Positions 28,745 to 32,000 of a stretch of 32,000 nucleotides of DNA are shown here, piece after piece (the first letter of the stretch is position 1; each line of letters starts with the position of its first letter). Source of the stretch: Pseudomonas aeruginosa (lineage in GTDB: Bacteria > Pseudomonadota > Gammaproteobacteria > Pseudomonadales > Pseudomonadaceae). Below the pieces are notes generated by a model. The model was not told where the DNA came from. It did no database searches and saw nothing but the letters and a program-made list of their open reading frames with translations. The DNA lies in the NCBI RefSeq assembly GCF_001457615.1, contig NZ_LN831024.1:3360001-3392000 (forward strand), in the 5' to 3' direction. The position numbers and the translations under genes were made by a program.

Positions 28745-29521
28745 ATGCCAAGTTTTGTTTGGGACAGAGACACAGAGGAAGCGTGGAGTGAACCCTATGA
28801 GTATGGTGGGCAGGAGCAGTTCCACCGAGAGGCTTATAAGGTTCTATCGCTAATAAAACTTCACTATGCAGAAAAAGATATGCACTTTGACCGAGATGAA
28901 AAAACTCTCGACAAAGCAATCTGGCTAATACAGATAGATGCTTTAGAAGCGCTAATTGATGCCTTGAAATTAACAGAGGAGAAGAGACACCGAATTGCCT
29001 CGCGCTTATTTCGTGATGCGGTCGAGACAATGGATATTTCGGCCTACTTTTATTTGGCTGGTGATGAAGCAAGGAAAGATCTCGCCAAATGGTACAATAA
29101 CGAAGTGATTCCACATAAGGTTTTTAGAGAATTTATAAAAAAGTATGAATGCCAAGATAAAGCTAAAAATTTAAGCAACCTTTATAGCGATCTCAGCAAG
29201 TATACACATCGGACATATAGCGCGATAACCAAAAGCTACCTGCTCGGCAGGAATAACAAAATTGCCTATGATGGATTTTCTGAGGCCGGCTTCAGGGTGC
29301 TTCCACACGTTATATCCCTTTCGTATGCAATAATCGCAGCATTGATAAAAAGATTTGTCACGATTGCCGAAAACAGCCAGCAAATTGATTCAGCCAAAAT
29401 TTGCGATATTTGGGCGGCATCATTGGAGCGAGAGACAGTACCGAGACGCTTTGGCCCAAGGCCAGGTCAGGTGCTCAGAAGTGCTCCTATAGCGTTTGAC
29501 CTGAGGTTGGATGAAGATTAA
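28745..29521 (+). CDS. hypothetical 258-aa protein, predicted all-helical, no recognised family
   Basis: It is the longest ORF in a very A/T-rich stretch where random ORFs are improbable. Composition is Lys/Glu/Ile/Tyr-rich. It has no TM or signal peptide. The RBS is weak. Confidence 0.7.
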   Translation: MPSFVWDRDTEEAWSEPYEYGGQEQFHREAYKVLSLIKLHYAEKDMHFDRDEKTLDKAIWLIQIDALEALIDALKLTEEKRHRIASRLFRDAVETMDISAYFYLAGDEARKDLAKWYNNEVIPHKVFREFIKKYECQDKAKNLSNLYSDLSKYTHRTYSAITKSYLLGRNNKIAYDGFSEAGFRVLPHVISLSYAIIAALIKRFVTIAENSQQIDSAKICDIWAASLERETVPRRFGPRPGQVLRSAPIAFDLRLDED

Positions 29522-29532
29522 TTGAGTTGTCG

Positions 29533-29763
29533 CTACTTTTGCTGATGGATTGAGTGTCTGCTTTTGTCCGGTTGTTGCCTGTCACAATCGGTGGTTTGGG
29601 TCGATCTCAGCCTGTCATGACGGTTAGAGTTCGAACCGGAGCTGCCCTTCGCATAGGGTAGGCATCCTGCGAGACCGATCAGACAGCACAGTATCACTAC
29701 GCAATCACAAATGTTCCATTTATCTTTGAGTTGGGTCTGCTCACGCCAAGGATTTTGCCGCAT
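29533..29763 (-). CDS. possible small lipoprotein antisense between the two island genes (speculative)
   Basis: ORF-track frame 29533..29787. From Met-9 it reads MRQNPWREQTQLKDKWNICDCVVILCCLIGLAGC, with a perfect lipobox L-A-G-C (Cys codon 29662..29664). The n-region is atypically long, and the start would abut the start of the AAA_13 gene. Confidence 0.2.
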   Translation of the reverse strand: MRQNPWREQTQLKDKWNICDCVVILCCLIGLAGCLPYAKGSSGSNSNRHDRLRSTQTTDCDRQQPDKSRHSIHQQK

Positions 29764-31915
29764 GATCGAAAAAATTCTGCTTCGCAACGTCTCCAGCTAC
29801 TCTCCAGACTCAGCGGTATCCATTGCCCCGCTTAAGCGCGTGAGTTTGTTCTATGGCCATAACGGGACGGGCAAGACCACTATCAGTAACTTCCTTCAGG
29901 CCCCTGATGAGGCCTGCTACAGCGTTTGCGGCGTGGAGCCAGTAAAGGTTGGCCGGGAGATCCTAGTCTACAACCATGCATTCATGGAGAAAAATTTCCA
30001 TGAAGCCGCATCCCAGCCAGGGGTCTTCACCCTCAATGAGGGCAACATTGAGGCGGAAGCTGCCCTCGCAGTGGCCGAGAAAGCAATCGCTGAGCTGACG
30101 ATCGCCCATGATACTGAAATGGAGAAGGGCATTAACTGCAAGAATGCTCAGCAGCAAGCTCATGAGGCGCTACTGGACAGTGTATGGAAGCCTAAGCGTG
30201 GCTTCGATAACACCGCTTTGGCTTACTGCTTCAGGTCGCTCAACACCAAAGAGCGTTTACTTGATGCAGTCCGAAGCGTCCAGCTTGTGGCAACCTCTGA
30301 CACCGCTCAGGGGCTACTCAGCGAGGCGGCAGAACTTAACGAGGCCAGTGATAAAGAGCTGCCCGGAATCGCGCCAATCACCTTCCAGGCGGGTAAGCTA
30401 GAAACCGATCCGATCATGCAGGAAGTCATCACTGGGTCAGGCGATTCCTACCTTTCTGCGTTCATTCAGCAACTGGGAAATTCGGATTGGGTCAAGCAGG
30501 CACTGCGCTATGAGGTCGAGGCAAAAGACCAGTGCCCACTATGCCAGCAGTCCTTGCCGCAGGATTTCTATACTGAAATTCGTAAAGTCTTCGATAAAAC
30601 CTATCAGCAGCGCATTGATTTGCTGCAGCAATTCGAAAGCCAATACCGAGACGCGGTGGATCAATTTCTGCGACGGTACGAGGCTCCGGAATATCAGCTG
30701 CAAGCCATAAAGCTCCGTGTCACCAGACTTCACGCTGTCTTCCAGAAAAACCTGCAATCCCTCGCTACAAAGCTCGCCAGTCCATCCCTTACGATTACGT
30801 TGGAGTCCACTGCAACATTGGTCGCAGAGTTGAACAGTGAGATCGCGGCTGAGCAACTGAAAATCGACGCTATCAATGCGAGGATAAAAAACAGGAAGCA
30901 GCATGAGGAGGACATCAAGCGACGCTTCTGGAGCTGGTACAGAGCTTCGTGCGACGCGGCTTTCGTGGCATTCGAAAAGGTCGATAAGGAGCAGGGGCGC
31001 CAACGCCAGGCCGCCAAGGATGAGGTTCAGTCTCTGCGGGATCGCATTCAGGCACAACGCGATATCATTGCCCAATCCAGGGCGGCCATCAGGAACATCG
31101 ACCAGTCGGTCGAGAGTATCAATAATTGGTTGCGGGTGTTGGGTCTGAAGGGCTTCGCGCTGATTAAAGAAGAGGGCCCGGTGCCACAATATCGTCTTGA
31201 ACGTCCTGGCCAGACTGAAGGGGTGTTCAGAACGCTAAGTGAGGGCGAAAAAACGCTGATCTCGTTCCTCTACTTCCTTGAGGTCTGCAATGGCGAGCTG
31301 GACACAGCTAGTGGGACGCTCAAGCGTGATCGCATCATCGTCATCGATGACCCAATATCGAGCCTCTCCCATAACTATGTCTACGATATTGCGTCGCTGA
31401 TCAGGCGGCAGGTGCTCATCCCGAGAGACCGGTTCAAACAGGTGATCATTCTGACGCACAACCTTTTCTTCTTCCACGAAATGGTCAAGCTCTTGAAGGA
31501 TGACGGAGAAAGATCCTTGGCAATGTTCCGGATCACCAAGTCCGAATACAGCTCGGTCGTGACCATGGAAGAGCGCGAAATCCAGAACGACTACCAAGCC
31601 TTCTGGCAAACCATCAAGGACGCGTTGCAAGGCCGAACTTCCCCTAACGTGATCCCGAACATGATGCGCAATATCTTGGAGTACTACTTCAGCTTCGTGC
31701 ATCAGACGCAAAGCCTGCGCCAGGCGTTGACTGATCTTAGCGAGGAGAATCCAGAGTTCAGAGCGCTTTACCGATACATCAACCGTGAATCACATGCTGA
31801 CTCGGTTAACCTAACTGACTTCGGCGAGATCGATCCGGAGATCTTCGTCGCGCGGTTTAAGGATGTGTTCATCAGAACCAATTTCGAATCTCACTTCGAC
31901 AAGATGATGGCATAG
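29762..31915 (+). CDS. AAA_13-type ABC-like ATPase with long helical insert and C-terminal RloC/PrrC-like putative anticodon-nuclease domain
   Basis: The start MIEKILLRNVSSY is the typical family N-terminus. The ATPase motifs are Walker A GHNGTGKTT (29855..29881), CPLC (30533..30544), signature LSEGEK (31235..31252), Walker B IIVIDDP (31334..31354) and LTHN. The C-terminus has RNILE (Arg 31667, Glu 31679) and NRESH (His 31793). Confidence 0.9.
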   Translation: MIEKILLRNVSSYSPDSAVSIAPLKRVSLFYGHNGTGKTTISNFLQAPDEACYSVCGVEPVKVGREILVYNHAFMEKNFHEAASQPGVFTLNEGNIEAEAALAVAEKAIAELTIAHDTEMEKGINCKNAQQQAHEALLDSVWKPKRGFDNTALAYCFRSLNTKERLLDAVRSVQLVATSDTAQGLLSEAAELNEASDKELPGIAPITFQAGKLETDPIMQEVITGSGDSYLSAFIQQLGNSDWVKQALRYEVEAKDQCPLCQQSLPQDFYTEIRKVFDKTYQQRIDLLQQFESQYRDAVDQFLRRYEAPEYQLQAIKLRVTRLHAVFQKNLQSLATKLASPSLTITLESTATLVAELNSEIAAEQLKIDAINARIKNRKQHEEDIKRRFWSWYRASCDAAFVAFEKVDKEQGRQRQAAKDEVQSLRDRIQAQRDIIAQSRAAIRNIDQSVESINNWLRVLGLKGFALIKEEGPVPQYRLERPGQTEGVFRTLSEGEKTLISFLYFLEVCNGELDTASGTLKRDRIIVIDDPISSLSHNYVYDIASLIRRQVLIPRDRFKQVIILTHNLFFFHEMVKLLKDDGERSLAMFRITKSEYSSVVTMEEREIQNDYQAFWQTIKDALQGRTSPNVIPNMMRNILEYYFSFVHQTQSLRQALTDLSEENPEFRALYRYINRESHADSVNLTDFGEIDPEIFVARFKDVFIRTNFESHFDKMMA

Positions 31916-32000
31916 CTAGCCATGTATTCTGGGATGGCTGCGTCAAGGCGTATGTGTTCGCTCCTTCTACCGGGAACGACCGGATAACCTGGAATTGCAC

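Larger units (their letters stand above)
28301..32000. other. low-GC, probably horizontally acquired segment (left edge at or just inside the catalase-like gene 3' end; right edge beyond the window)
   Basis: Hand counts give 28/60 G+C for the line at 28741 and 17/60 for the line at 29101, against 41/60 for a core line at 27361. Codon usage switches to A/T-rich. No integrase or transposase lies within the window. Confidence 0.6.

Noticed and set aside
28743-29114. 123-aa minus-strand ORF overlapping the 5' half of the 258-aa gene
   Set aside because: It is shorter than the + strand ORF and fully nested antisense within it. Its composition (Leu/His/Arg/Ser-rich) looks like an antisense translation, and no RBS is present.
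29629-29636. GTTCGAAC, reminiscent of a tRNA T-loop (GTTCGAA), in the island intergenic region, as a possible tRNA or att remnant
   Set aside because: There is no flanking T-stem complementarity and no acceptor or anticodon arms. It is just an 8-bp palindrome lying inside the antisense mini-ORF.

Overview
From 1 to about 28.3 kb the window reads as high-GC Pseudomonas aeruginosa-type core chromosome. It then drops abruptly to a much lower-GC, probably acquired segment that runs off the right edge. Core content, left to right: two small hypotheticals, a CHMI-family tautomerase, a lipoprotein, an ABC-F (YbiT-like) ATPase, a small zinc-ribbon/TM protein, and azoR with a divergent LysR regulator. 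Next come a cold-shock-domain/DUF1294 membrane protein, uppP, pnuC plus a NadR-kinase-like ATPase, and the complete functional-amyloid operon fapABCDEF. These are followed by the minus-strand ribose locus rbsB-rbsA-rbsC-rbsR-rbsK with a perfect LacI-type operator, and a sigma-54 enhancer-binding protein. The core ends with a divergent pair (RimK-like ATP-grasp ligase and a GNAT/papain-like C39-type peptidase fusion), two tiny translationally coupled ORFs, and a membrane-anchored di-haem cytochrome c protein followed by a membrane-anchored catalase-related haem protein. The low-GC tail carries an orphan 258-aa protein and a 717-aa AAA_13 (RloC/PrrC-like) ATPase with a candidate anticodon-nuclease Arg/Glu/His triad; this is my top candidate for an uncharacterised defence module. 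Secondary leads are the ATP-grasp/GNAT-peptidase pair with adjacent micro-ORFs (a possible peptide-modification system) and the di-haem/catalase-like periplasm-facing pair. Smaller leads are an rbs-operator 12-mer reused upstream of the di-haem gene, an intra-operon terminator after fapC, and a small ORF that switches frame. The organism and locus identification (PAO1 region around PA1939-PA1967) comes from memory of gene order and was not checked. No rRNA, tRNA, CRISPR array, transposase or integrase was seen.
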